From positions 33,291 through 97,290 of the forward strand of contig JANXRZ010000223.1 in the NCBI GenBank assembly GCA_025352885.1: a stretch of DNA of 64,000 bases, given 5' to 3'. The stretch's first letter is position 1, and each line of letters opens with the position of its first letter. This document shows positions 1-8,487 of this stretch, piece after piece. This DNA comes from Pseudomonadota bacterium (lineage in GTDB: Bacteria > Pseudomonadota > Gammaproteobacteria > Burkholderiales > SG8-39). The translations under genes were made by a program, and so were the position numbers. Under the pieces are notes generated by a model that was given only the letters and a program-made list of their open reading frames with translations, was not told the DNA's origin and did not search any database.

Positions 1-1050
1 CAAGGATTCCAATTTCTGCAACCAGTCGATCGCCGTGTCGAGGGAAACCTGCAGATGCTTCTCGACCCCACGGGAAGTAATGATCGGATATTGGTAGAGC
101 AGTTTCAGGAGCGGCGCAGTACGCCGGCAGCCGGCAGTCAACTTTTCCATCTCATCCTGAAGGCTCTTGAGACGTTCGGACATCGATACGGCTTCCTTCG
201 CCGTCAATTCGATGCCGAGCAGCATGAATTTGACCCAGCCCTGCCAATCCCCCTGGGAGCGGACTGACATTAATCGCGCGTAATACTCCGCCCTGTTTTC
301 GAGCAGGTAAAGGCTTAGAAAAAGGAGCGGCTTCTCCAGTTTTTTCATCTGGTGAAGCATGAGTGCAATCAGGAGCCGTCCGATGCGGCCGTTGCCGTCC
401 GTGAACGGGTGAACCGTTTCGAATTGGGAATGAACAAGGGCGCAACGGACCAACGGGCTCATCGGGCTCTGGTATTCGTTGATGAAGTATTCGATATTCC
501 CAAGTCCCTGCAACATTTCCTGCGCGGGCGGCGGAACGAAATCGGCTTCGAAGATGCTCGCTCCCTTGCGGCCGATCCAGTTTTGCCGATCCCGGAACGC
601 TCCCGGATCCGCTTCGGGGTCACCCCCGAGGAGGATGGCATGAAGGGTCCTAAGCAGAGCAGGACTGAGTTTTTCAGTCGCCAGCCGCTCGCGGCCTGCG
701 TTATAAGCGCGTACGTAGTTGACCACCTGTGCCACATCTTCGTTGTGGCCCGGGCTCTTCCTGCCAGCCTCGTATTCCAGAACTTCGTCCAGCGTGCAGG
801 AGATATCCTCGATTTGCGAGCTGAGGACGGCCTCGCGTCGCAGGTACATTCCTGCAAACAGATCCGGGCTGGGGACTGCGTCCGCGATTTGTGCCAGCTT
901 GCCGAGATGAAATTCCGCGCTGGTCAGGGCAAGAACTCCCTCTGCATCCAGCGTGAACTCAGGGGTTGGCGGCAAGGGGCTTGGAATGAATGCCAGGTAC
1001 CCTTCCGGCATTTGTCGTGTCCTCCCCGCGGAGGACTGCATCGGGCTCAT
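1..1050 (-). CDS. Fic/Fido-domain protein (AMPylase type); the last ~25-30 codons lie beyond the left window edge
   Basis: Absent from the supplied ORF track because it has no stop inside the window. The minus strand from ATG at 1050 (GGAAGGAG 6 nt upstream) gives 350 uninterrupted codons down to position 1 (MSPMQSSAGRTRQMPEGYLAFIPSPLPP...). The canonical Fic motif HPFTDGNGRIGR is encoded at 376-411. A Fic_N-like helix EAVLSSQIEDIS lies upstream and a winged-helix-like tail (ITSRGVEKHLQVSLDTAIDWLQKLESL) downstream. Confidence 0.9.
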   Translation of the reverse strand, partial: MSPMQSSAGRTRQMPEGYLAFIPSPLPPTPEFTLDAEGVLALTSAEFHLGKLAQIADAVPSPDLFAGMYLRREAVLSSQIEDISCTLDEVLEYEAGRKSPGHNEDVAQVVNYVRAYNAGRERLATEKLSPALLRTLHAILLGGDPEADPGAFRDRQNWIGRKGASIFEADFVPPPAQEMLQGLGNIEYFINEYQSPMSPLVRCALVHSQFETVHPFTDGNGRIGRLLIALMLHQMKKLEKPLLFLSLYLLENRAEYYARLMSVRSQGDWQGWVKFMLLGIELTAKEAVSMSERLKSLQDEMEKLTAGCRRTAPLLKLLYQYPIITSRGVEKHLQVSLDTAIDWLQKLESL

Positions 1051-1087
1051 TTCGACTCCTTCCGGGAGCGTTTCGGCGGCAGAGTGC

Positions 1088-1199
1088 TCGATTAATGTAT
1101 CGCCGCCTGCTTATGCTAATCGTTGTTCTGTATAATTTGTCGATTAATTATCGATCGCCGGAAAATATTAATCGAATAAATCGTTTAAATTCGATTAAA
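1088..1199. promoter_or_regulatory. AT-rich divergent fic/mutS control region with a reiterated 9-mer TCGATTAAT
   Basis: Copies at 1088-1096 (+), 1140-1148 (+), 1167-1175 (inverted, ATTAATCGA) and 1191-1199 (TCGATTAAA). TCGATTAATTATCGA at 1140-1154 is an imperfect palindrome. A TATAAT hexamer at 1131-1136 faces mutS. Confidence 0.35.
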
Positions 1200-1243
1200 A
1201 TGCCTCCCAGCCCGCTCCAAGCGGCCCCCTAAAATAACGCTCG

Positions 1244-3820
1244 ATGAAGCTCGCCAGTCCCGCTGCAGCTGAAGGCGCAGTTTCGCCCTCCGCCTCGCAC
1301 ACGCCGATGATGCAGCAGTACCTGCGCATCAAGGCCGACCATCCCGACGTCCTGCTCTTCTATCGCATGGGCGATTTCTACGAGCTGTTCCACGACGATG
1401 CGGAGAAAGCCGCGCGGCTCATGGACATCACGCTCACCGCCCGTGGCGCATCGAACGGCAAGCCGATCCGCATGGCGGGCGTGCCCTTCCACGCGGTAGA
1501 GCAGTACCTCGCCAAGCTCGTGAAGTTGGGCGAATCGGTGGCGATCTGCGAGCAGATCGGCGATCCGGCGACGTCCAAGGGACCGGTCGAGCGCAAGGTG
1601 ACGCGCATCGTCACGCCCGGCACGCTCACCGATTCGGCTTTGCTCGACGAGAAGTCGGACAACATCCTTCTCGCGATGACGGCGGACAAGTCGGCGGTTG
1701 GACTTGCTTGGTTGTCCTTGGCCAGCGGCGAACTGCGAGCAGCCGAAATCTCGCCGCAGATCCTTGCGAGCGAGCTGCGCAGGATCGGACCAGCCGAAAT
1801 CCTGGTCGCCGACTCAAGCACCTTCATCGAAGAACTCGGCGGCTTCACGCTCACGCGCCTGCCCGAATGGAGCTTCGAATTCGAGTCGGGCAAGAAGAAA
1901 CTTCTCGAACAACTGGGTGCTGCGACGCTGGCGGGCTTCGGGTGCGAGGACCTGCAGCCGGCCGTCGGCGCCGCGGGCGCCCTGCTCGACTACGCCCGGA
2001 AAACCCAAGGGCAGGCGCTCGCGCACGTCGTGTCGATCAGCACCGAGCGGGCAGGCGAATACGTGCGCATGGACGCGGCCACGCGCCGAAACCTCGAACT
2101 GACCGAAACGCTGCGCGGCGAGCCGTCGCCCACCCTCTTCTCCCTCATGGACGAATGCGCGAGCGGCATGGGCAGCCGGTTGCTTCGCCATTGGCTGCAT
2201 CACCCGCTTCGAGACACGGCCGTGGTCGGCGCGCGCCAGGAAGCCGTCGGGTTGCTCATGGATGCGGCGACCGGACTGTATGGAACCCTGCGGCGGTTCT
2301 CGGATGTCGAGCGCATCGCTTCGCGTGTCGCCCTGAAGAATGCGCGTCCTCGGGATCTGTCCGCGTTGCGCGACAGCCTGGCCCTGCTGCCCGAGCTCGT
2401 GGCGCAGGTTCCGGACAGCGCCGCACTGTGCATCGATCTGAAAGCCGATCTTGCGACGCCCGAGGACTGCGCGACCCTCCTCACGCGCGCCATCGCGCCC
2501 GAACCTTCGGCGCGCGTCATGGATGGCGGCGTCATGGCCGACGGCTACTCGGCGGAACTCGATGAGCTTCGCAAGCTCCAGTCGAATGCGGGCGAATTCC
2601 TCGTCGAACTCGAAGTGCGCGAGCGCGCGCGCACGGGCATCGCGAACCTCAAGGTCGAGTACAACCGTGTGCATGGCTTCTACATCGAAGTCACGAATTC
2701 GCAGACCGATAAGGTGCCGGACGACTTCCGCCGCCGGCAAACTCTCAAGAACGCCGAGCGCTACATCACCCCGGAGCTCAAGGCGTTCGAGGACAAGGCG
2801 CTGTCGGCCAAGGATCGCGCGCTGGCGCTGGAGAAATCGCTCTACGAGGCGCTGCTCGACTCGCTAGGTGCGCACGTGGGCCACCTGCAAAAGATCGCCC
2901 GGGCCCTCGCGCAGCTCGACGTCCTCGTGTGCTTTTCGAATCTCGCGAGCCGCAACAGCTGGTCGCGCCCCGAATTCGTTGCCGAAACGGCGCTTGAATT
3001 CCAAGGCGGCCGGCATCCGGTGGTCGAGGCGCAGGTCGAGCACTTCATCCCGAACGACACGCGCCTCTCAGCGTCCCGGCAGTTCCTCCTCATCACCGGC
3101 CCGAACATGGGCGGCAAGTCGACCTACATGCGCCAGGTGGCGCTGATCACGCTCATGGCGCATGTCGGCAGCTTCGTGCCCGCCAAGGCGGCGCGCTTAG
3201 GACCGATCGACCAGATCTTCACGCGGATCGGCGCGGCGGACGACCTTGCCGGCGGACGCTCCACTTTCATGGTGGAGATGACCGAGTCGGCGAACATCCT
3301 GCACAACGCCACGGCGCACAGCCTCGTGCTCATGGACGAGGTCGGGCGCGGCACGTCCACTTTCGACGGCCTTGCGCTCGCCTGGGCCATTGCGCGGCAC
3401 CTCCTCGAGCGCAACCGCGCGCTGTCGCTGTTCGCAACTCACTATTTCGAGATGACGCGCATCGCGCTCGAATACAAGGAAGCGGCCAACGTCCACCTGG
3501 ACGCGGTCGAGCACAAGGACACGATCGTGTTCCTGCATGCGGTGGAGGAAGGCCCCGCCTCGCAAAGCTACGGATTGCAGGTGGCGGCCCTTGCCGGCGT
3601 GCCGAAGCCTGTGATCCGCACGGCACGCAAATATCTCCAGATGCTCGAGGACGCGAGCCTGGCCCGGGGCGGCCAAAGCGACCTCTTCGTCGCGGCGCAG
3701 GTGCAGCCCGAGCCCGAGCCCCGGGTCGACCCGCTTCGAGAATCGCTCGACCAGGTGAATCCCGACGACCTCTCGCCGCGCGAGGCGCTCGAACTCCTCT
3801 ACCGGCTCAAGAAACTGTGA
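1244..3820 (+). CDS. mutS: DNA mismatch repair protein MutS
   Basis: 858 aa. N-terminal mismatch-binding signature [30 protein letters not shown], Walker [18 protein letters not shown] and FATHYFE motifs. Confidence 0.97.
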   Translation: MKLASPAAAEGAVSPSASHTPMMQQYLRIKADHPDVLLFYRMGDFYELFHDDAEKAARLMDITLTARGASNGKPIRMAGVPFHAVEQYLAKLVKLGESVAICEQIGDPATSKGPVERKVTRIVTPGTLTDSALLDEKSDNILLAMTADKSAVGLAWLSLASGELRAAEISPQILASELRRIGPAEILVADSSTFIEELGGFTLTRLPEWSFEFESGKKKLLEQLGAATLAGFGCEDLQPAVGAAGALLDYARKTQGQALAHVVSISTERAGEYVRMDAATRRNLELTETLRGEPSPTLFSLMDECASGMGSRLLRHWLHHPLRDTAVVGARQEAVGLLMDAATGLYGTLRRFSDVERIASRVALKNARPRDLSALRDSLALLPELVAQVPDSAALCIDLKADLATPEDCATLLTRAIAPEPSARVMDGGVMADGYSAELDELRKLQSNAGEFLVELEVRERARTGIANLKVEYNRVHGFYIEVTNSQTDKVPDDFRRRQTLKNAERYITPELKAFEDKALSAKDRALALEKSLYEALLDSLGAHVGHLQKIARALAQLDVLVCFSNLASRNSWSRPEFVAETALEFQGGRHPVVEAQVEHFIPNDTRLSASRQFLLITGPNMGGKSTYMRQVALITLMAHVGSFVPAKAARLGPIDQIFTRIGAADDLAGGRSTFMVEMTESANILHNATAHSLVLMDEVGRGTSTFDGLALAWAIARHLLERNRALSLFATHYFEMTRIALEYKEAANVHLDAVEHKDTIVFLHAVEEGPASQSYGLQVAALAGVPKPVIRTARKYLQMLEDASLARGGQSDLFVAAQVQPEPEPRVDPLRESLDQVNPDDLSPREALELLYRLKKL

Positions 3821-4713
3821 TTCGCACGCTTCTTTCAGTCGCGCTCGCTTTGGCCGCCTCGCTCGCGCAGGCGCAGGTCGCCAACAGGACGCCGTTCGCG
3901 TTGCTCGGGGACGTGCCCTACTCCCAGCCGCACGCGAACCTGCTCGACGCGATGATCGACGAGATCAATGCCTCCAAGCCCGCCTTCAGCGTGCACCTGG
4001 GCGACATCACCGGCGGCAACGGCCCCTGCACCGACGAGTGGTTCGAGGCGCGGGTAAAGCAGTTTGCGCGGTTCCGCGCGCCATTCGTGCTCGTCGTTGG
4101 CGACAACGAGTGGACGGACTGCCATCGCACCGGGTTCGACCCCATGGAGCGGCTGGCGAAAATCCGCACCCTCTTCCATTCGCAACCCGTTGCGTTGCCC
4201 GGGTTCAGGCGGCAGTCCGCCGACTATCCCGAGCACGTGATGTGGACGCATGACGGCGCGCTGTTTGTCGGGCTCAACGTTCCCGGGAGCAACAACAACC
4301 TCGGCCGCACGCCGGAGATGGACGCGGAATACGCCGCGCGCATGAAGGCGGTGAGCGCCTGGATGGACGAGGCCGTCCGGTTGGCCGGGGCGCGCGAGAT
4401 CGAAACGCTCGTCGTGATGATGCAGGCGAACCCGAATTTCGAGAGCACCCGGCGCACGCCGCCCGGCCGCGACGGCTATGCGGAACTGCGCCGCCTGCTC
4501 GAATCGACCGCGGCAAAAATCGGCAAGCCGCTGGTCGTAGCGCATGGGGACACGCATCGCTTCAAGCACGACCGGCCGGTGGCGGGCGCGCCCAACCTCG
4601 TGCGCATCGAAGTCGACGGCTGGCCTTGGCTTGGCTGGGTGAAGGTCCGCCTGACGCCGGACCCGGCGAATCCTGCAGTCGTCGAGCGCTTCCTGAATCC
4701 GGCGACGAAGTAG
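3817..4713 (+). CDS. Secreted calcineurin-like metallophosphoesterase
   Basis: The GTG start overlaps the mutS stop (GTGA). Signal peptide [20 protein letters not shown]. Metallophosphoesterase motifs GDVPY, GDITGG, GDNEW and HGDTHRF. Confidence 0.75.
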   Translation: MIRTLLSVALALAASLAQAQVANRTPFALLGDVPYSQPHANLLDAMIDEINASKPAFSVHLGDITGGNGPCTDEWFEARVKQFARFRAPFVLVVGDNEWTDCHRTGFDPMERLAKIRTLFHSQPVALPGFRRQSADYPEHVMWTHDGALFVGLNVPGSNNNLGRTPEMDAEYAARMKAVSAWMDEAVRLAGAREIETLVVMMQANPNFESTRRTPPGRDGYAELRRLLESTAAKIGKPLVVAHGDTHRFKHDRPVAGAPNLVRIEVDGWPWLGWVKVRLTPDPANPAVVERFLNPATK

Positions 4714-4717
4714 CCGG

Positions 4718-5758
4718 TCAGCGCCCGGGCGCGCGCATCTCCGGGTGCACGACGTTGCCGTCCTCGAGGATCTGCACGCCGTCGAGCGTGACGCTGCAGC
4801 CTTTCATCGGCAGGTCCATGTGACAGGGCGTGTCGTTAGTGCCGCCCAACTCGGTGTTCGGCCCGGTGGAAAACAAAACATTGCCGTAAAAGGACAGCGC
4901 GTTCATCACGTGCTCGCTGGCAAGATGCCTGGTCGAGGCGAAGTGATGCCAGTTGGCGCGCTCATTGAGCCCCCAGCCAATGTGGGACACCGCATACCCG
5001 CGCGGGTCGTTGAAGCCTTCGATGTAGCTGCGCATGAGCGTGGCGTCCATGCCCTCGCCTTCGATTGCGGTCACGTAGCCTTTCGCAATGGTGAGGCGCA
5101 CCGGCGTCTGCACATAGCGCTTGAAAGCCGCGAAGATGTCGCCGGGCATCAGCACGACCTTCCCCTCGACCGATCCGTCGTTGCCCTGGGTAAACGAGAA
5201 CCCAGAGGGGAAATGGTCCCAGCGGCCCTTCTCGAACGTGTAGCCGTACTCCGAGATCACCGGGTACTGCGAGAGCTTGTAGCGCACGTCGGTGCCGCCC
5301 TTGGACGTGATGTGCAGGTCCTTGCCTTTCATGAGCAGGGCGCGGGCGTATTCCACCCGGCGGCGCAAATCCTCGGTCGGGAACATCTGCTTCAACACGT
5401 GGAAAGGCTCCATGACGCGCAGCACGCGCGCGCCGCCGGCCTGGATCTCCGCCTGCTCGCGTGAGAACAAGAGGCCCATCATGTCGATGACGAGGTCGGC
5501 TTTCTTCAACGTATCGAGCGCAGCCTGGTTGCCGACGAGCGGGTGGCGGCCCTGGACGCCGGCGACGTTCGCCTGGTTGCGCGGCACGTTGACGTTGAAC
5601 GCCGTGGCGCCGAGGCTTTGCGCCGCCAGCATGAAGGCCTGCGCGTAATCGGCCCATTCGGCGCCCGCGGTCAGCGTGACGACGACTTCGCCCTCGTGGA
5701 CCTTGCACAATTTGAGCTCGGCCGTGAAGAGCGCAAGCATCTCCGCATCGACCGCCAT
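4718..5758 (-). CDS. nicX: 2,5-dihydroxypyridine 5,6-dioxygenase (NicX-like, aminopeptidase-T fold)
   Basis: 346 aa. Long colinear resemblance to Pseudomonas putida NicX as I remember it: GRWDHFPSGF, FNDP..Y.VSHIGWGL, NVLFSTGPNTELGG, TPCHMDLP. This includes the His/His/Asp iron ligands (SHIGWG, CHMD). Confidence 0.85.
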   Translation of the reverse strand: MAVDAEMLALFTAELKLCKVHEGEVVVTLTAGAEWADYAQAFMLAAQSLGATAFNVNVPRNQANVAGVQGRHPLVGNQAALDTLKKADLVIDMMGLLFSREQAEIQAGGARVLRVMEPFHVLKQMFPTEDLRRRVEYARALLMKGKDLHITSKGGTDVRYKLSQYPVISEYGYTFEKGRWDHFPSGFSFTQGNDGSVEGKVVLMPGDIFAAFKRYVQTPVRLTIAKGYVTAIEGEGMDATLMRSYIEGFNDPRGYAVSHIGWGLNERANWHHFASTRHLASEHVMNALSFYGNVLFSTGPNTELGGTNDTPCHMDLPMKGCSVTLDGVQILEDGNVVHPEMRAPGR

Positions 5759-6945
5759 TACAGGACTTCCCCGTTGCCATGCAGCGCTTCGAGGTAGCGG
5801 TTGATCCGGTGATGGATCACCGATTCGAACTCATGCATGGGTCCGCGCACGAAATACTTGGAGTTGAGCCCGCGCTGGATCGCGCGCACGAGGTCGGAGT
5901 CCTCGTCGGCGAATTTGCGCACGAACTTGGCGAGGATGGCCACTTTCTCATCGAACACCGGGCTGCCGACGAAGGACTTCGGCAGGCAGGTCCAGCCGGT
6001 GACGCGCGTCTTGTGGGGGCCGAGCGGATAGCAGACGAACGGCTGCACCATGTCGGCCCGCGCGAACAGGTAGAAGTTCGGGCGCAGGAAAGCCGAAAAT
6101 GCGAACTGCTTGCCTTTCGGGTGGTCCTTGAGCCAGGGCGCGGGCCCGAAGAGCAGTTCGGCGTCCGGCGCCATCGTCCCGCTGACGTATTCCTTGTACC
6201 AGCCGTACTTGGTGAACACGAGCTCGGCCAGCGCCTTCTCGGGCTTGTAGGTGCTGCCGCCGAAGGAATTCCGGTGGATGACCTCGACGTGATAGACATC
6301 GGCAAGGTTCTCCGGGACGAGCTTCCAGTTGCAGTCGAGCTCATAGCTGTACGTGTCGACCAGCACCGTGTCCTCCGGGTGCACGTAGGCGACCGATTGC
6401 CGGTAGTCGTCGGCATCGAGGTAATCGGCGAGCGGTGGCGCCTTCTCGTCGAAGTTGATGAACACGAAGCCGCCCCAGGTCTCCAGGCGGATCGGCGGCA
6501 GCTGGCGCGTTTCCGGGCCGACCTTGATGCCGCGCGGACGTGAGGGCGAAACGAGCGCGCCGTCGAGGTCGTAGACCCACGCATGGTAAGGACAGAGGAA
6601 CTCTTTCGCGTTGCCCGAGCCGATCGCAACCGCAACGCCGCGGTGCCGGCAGACATTGGCGAAAGCCTTGAGCTCCCCTTTGGCATTGCGGCAGACCACG
6701 ACCGGCTCGTCGACAAGCTCGAACGCCCTGTAATCGCCCGGGTTCGGGAATTCCTCCACGCGGCCGACGATCAGCCAGTCCTTGTAGAAGAGCTTCTGCT
6801 TCTCGAGTTCGAAGATCTCGGGCGACGTGTAGTAGTAGGCCGGCAGGTGCCTGGCCTCGGTCACCGGCGCGCGCGTCTGCCTGAGCTCTTCGATGGTGTC
6901 CGGTGCCTCGCCGTTCAAAACCGGGTGTTCGGCGCCCATTCGCAT
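5758..6945 (-). CDS. Rieske [2Fe-2S] non-heme-iron oxygenase, alpha subunit only
   Basis: 395 aa. Rieske motif CRHRG-x16-CPYHAW. Mononuclear iron motif DVYHVEVIH. AAGGAG SD upstream. The stop overlaps the nicX ATG by 1 nt (TAATG). Confidence 0.85.
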   Translation of the reverse strand: MRMGAEHPVLNGEAPDTIEELRQTRAPVTEARHLPAYYYTSPEIFELEKQKLFYKDWLIVGRVEEFPNPGDYRAFELVDEPVVVCRNAKGELKAFANVCRHRGVAVAIGSGNAKEFLCPYHAWVYDLDGALVSPSRPRGIKVGPETRQLPPIRLETWGGFVFINFDEKAPPLADYLDADDYRQSVAYVHPEDTVLVDTYSYELDCNWKLVPENLADVYHVEVIHRNSFGGSTYKPEKALAELVFTKYGWYKEYVSGTMAPDAELLFGPAPWLKDHPKGKQFAFSAFLRPNFYLFARADMVQPFVCYPLGPHKTRVTGWTCLPKSFVGSPVFDEKVAILAKFVRKFADEDSDLVRAIQRGLNSKYFVRGPMHEFESVIHHRINRYLEALHGNGEVL

Positions 6946-6954
6946 CTCCTTGAA

Positions 6955-6968
6955 ACTAAATATTTAGT
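6955..6968. promoter_or_regulatory. Perfect 14-bp palindrome ACTAAATATTTAGT (candidate operator) abutting the Rieske gene RBS
   Basis: The sequence is its own reverse complement. It lies 3 nt upstream of the AAGGAG SD of the Rieske ORF and just downstream of the predicted -10 at 6976-6981. Confidence 0.4.
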
Positions 6969-6975
6969 GTCGTTG

Positions 6976-7003
6976 ATTATCCGCCGGCACCTGGGGCTGT
7001 CAA
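6976..7003 (-). promoter_or_regulatory. Sigma70-like promoter for Rieske-nicX inside the livF/Rieske gap
   Basis: On the minus strand: TTGACA (6998-7003), a 16-nt spacer, then GATAAT (6976-6981). Confidence 0.45.
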
Positions 7004-7011
7004 CCAAACGG

Positions 7012-7728
7012 CTAGCCAAGGTAGGCCTTGCGGACGGTCTCGTTTTCCATGAGTTCGGAGGCCTTTCCTTCGAGCACCACCGTCCCCGTGCTCAGCACAT
7101 ACACGCGGTCGGACGCATGCAACGCAAGGCGCGCGTTTTGCTCGACGATGACGATCGTCATTCCTCCGCGATGCAACGCCATGAGCTTGCGATACAACTC
7201 ATGCACGACGATAGGCGCAAGGCCCAGCGACAGCTCATCCACCAGCAGCAACTTCGGGTCGCCCATGAGCGCGCGGCCGACCGCCAGCATCTGCTGCTCG
7301 CCACCCGATAACGTTTCGGCGAGTTGGGAGGCGCGCTGCTTCAGGACCGGGAACAGCGTGTAGACCGCTTCAAAGCGCTCGCGGCGTCGCTGCGCGTTCC
7401 TGCTGACCAGGTAGCCGCCCATCGCGAGGTTTTCCTCGACCGTCATGGGTCCGAAGACCTGCCGTCCTTCGGGCACCAGCGCAATGCCCCGGCGGACGAT
7501 GTCGAGCGGGGCCATCTTCGAGATGTCCACGCCTTCGAACGTCAGGCTCCCCGCTTCGCGGTCGACCAGGCCGAGGATGGACTTGAGCAGCGTCGTCTTG
7601 CCCGCGCCGTTCGCGCCGATGACGCTGACCAGCTCTCCCGGGCGCACCTCGAGATCCACGCCCTTCAGCGCGACGATCCCGCCGTAGCGGCTCTTAAGCC
7701 CGGAGATCTGCAGCAAGGCTGGATTCAT
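7012..7728 (-). CDS. livF: Branched-chain-amino-acid-type ABC transporter ATP-binding protein (LivF family)
   Basis: Walker A GANGAGKTT, signature LSGGEQQML, Walker B LLLVDELSLGLAP. The ATG at 7728 (MNPALLQISGL) is preferred over the TTG at 7734. Confidence 0.85.
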   Translation of the reverse strand: MNPALLQISGLKSRYGGIVALKGVDLEVRPGELVSVIGANGAGKTTLLKSILGLVDREAGSLTFEGVDISKMAPLDIVRRGIALVPEGRQVFGPMTVEENLAMGGYLVSRNAQRRRERFEAVYTLFPVLKQRASQLAETLSGGEQQMLAVGRALMGDPKLLLVDELSLGLAPIVVHELYRKLMALHRGGMTIVIVEQNARLALHASDRVYVLSTGTVVLEGKASELMENETVRKAYLG

Positions 7729-8485
7729 CGCCAAGGTACGCGGCCACTACGGCCGGGTCGTTCTGGATCTGCGCGGGCGTCCCTTCCGCAAGGGACTGGC
7801 CGAAGTTGAGGACGAAGATTTCATCCGAAATATCCATGATGAGTTCCATGTGGTGCTCGACGAGCAGCACCGTCACGCCACCGTCGCGGATGCGCCGGAT
7901 GAAGCTGCCGAGCTGGGAGGCCTCGCCCGAATTCAGGCCGGCCGCAGGCTCGTCCAACAGCAACAGGGAAGGCTCGGTCGCAAGCGCGCGGGCGATTTCG
8001 AGCAGCCGCTGCTTACCGAAAGGCAGGTCGCCCGCGCGATCGTGCGCGTTGCCGAGCAGGCCCACTTCATCAAGCAGGCGCGCCGCATGCGCCTCGATCT
8101 CCGACTCCTCCGAGCGCGCACGCCCGGTGCGCAGCACGGCCGAAACGAGGCCCGCGTGCGTGCGGCTGTGCCGGCCGGCCATGACGTTCTCGAGCACCGA
8201 CATGTCCGCGAAGAGCTTGAGGTTCTGGAAAGTCCGCGCGACGCCAAGGCGAACGATCCGGTAGGGCTGCAGCAGGTCGATGCGATGGCCGTCGAACCCG
8301 ACTTGTCCGGAATCGAGGCGCTCCAGGCCCGTGATCAGGTTGATGAGGGTGGTCTTGCCGGCGCCGTTCGGCCCGATGATCGCCTTGATGCACCCGCGCG
8401 GCACGCCGAAGCTCACGCCGTCCACCGCCCGCAAGCCACCGAAGGCCTTGCGGATGTCACGCACGTCGAGGAGCGTTTCGGCCAC
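7694..8485 (-). CDS. livG: Branched-chain-amino-acid-type ABC transporter ATP-binding protein (LivG family)
   Basis: GTG start at 8485, 2 nt after the livM stop. GPNGAGKTT, LPFGKQRLLEIARAL, LLLLDEPAAGLN. The 491-aa ORF in the track is an out-of-frame upstream extension over livM. Confidence 0.85.
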   Translation of the reverse strand: MAETLLDVRDIRKAFGGLRAVDGVSFGVPRGCIKAIIGPNGAGKTTLINLITGLERLDSGQVGFDGHRIDLLQPYRIVRLGVARTFQNLKLFADMSVLENVMAGRHSRTHAGLVSAVLRTGRARSEESEIEAHAARLLDEVGLLGNAHDRAGDLPFGKQRLLEIARALATEPSLLLLDEPAAGLNSGEASQLGSFIRRIRDGGVTVLLVEHHMELIMDISDEIFVLNFGQSLAEGTPAQIQNDPAVVAAYLGDESSLAADLRA

Positions 8486-8487
8486 GC

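Noticed and set aside
352-1095. 247-aa plus-strand ORF from the track, plus the smaller ORFs at 152-445 and 459-857
   Set aside because: They lie antisense or out of frame to the Fic gene, whose frame carries the unmistakable HPFTDGNGRIGR motif. They have no motifs of their own and an Arg/Gly-rich GC-shadow composition.
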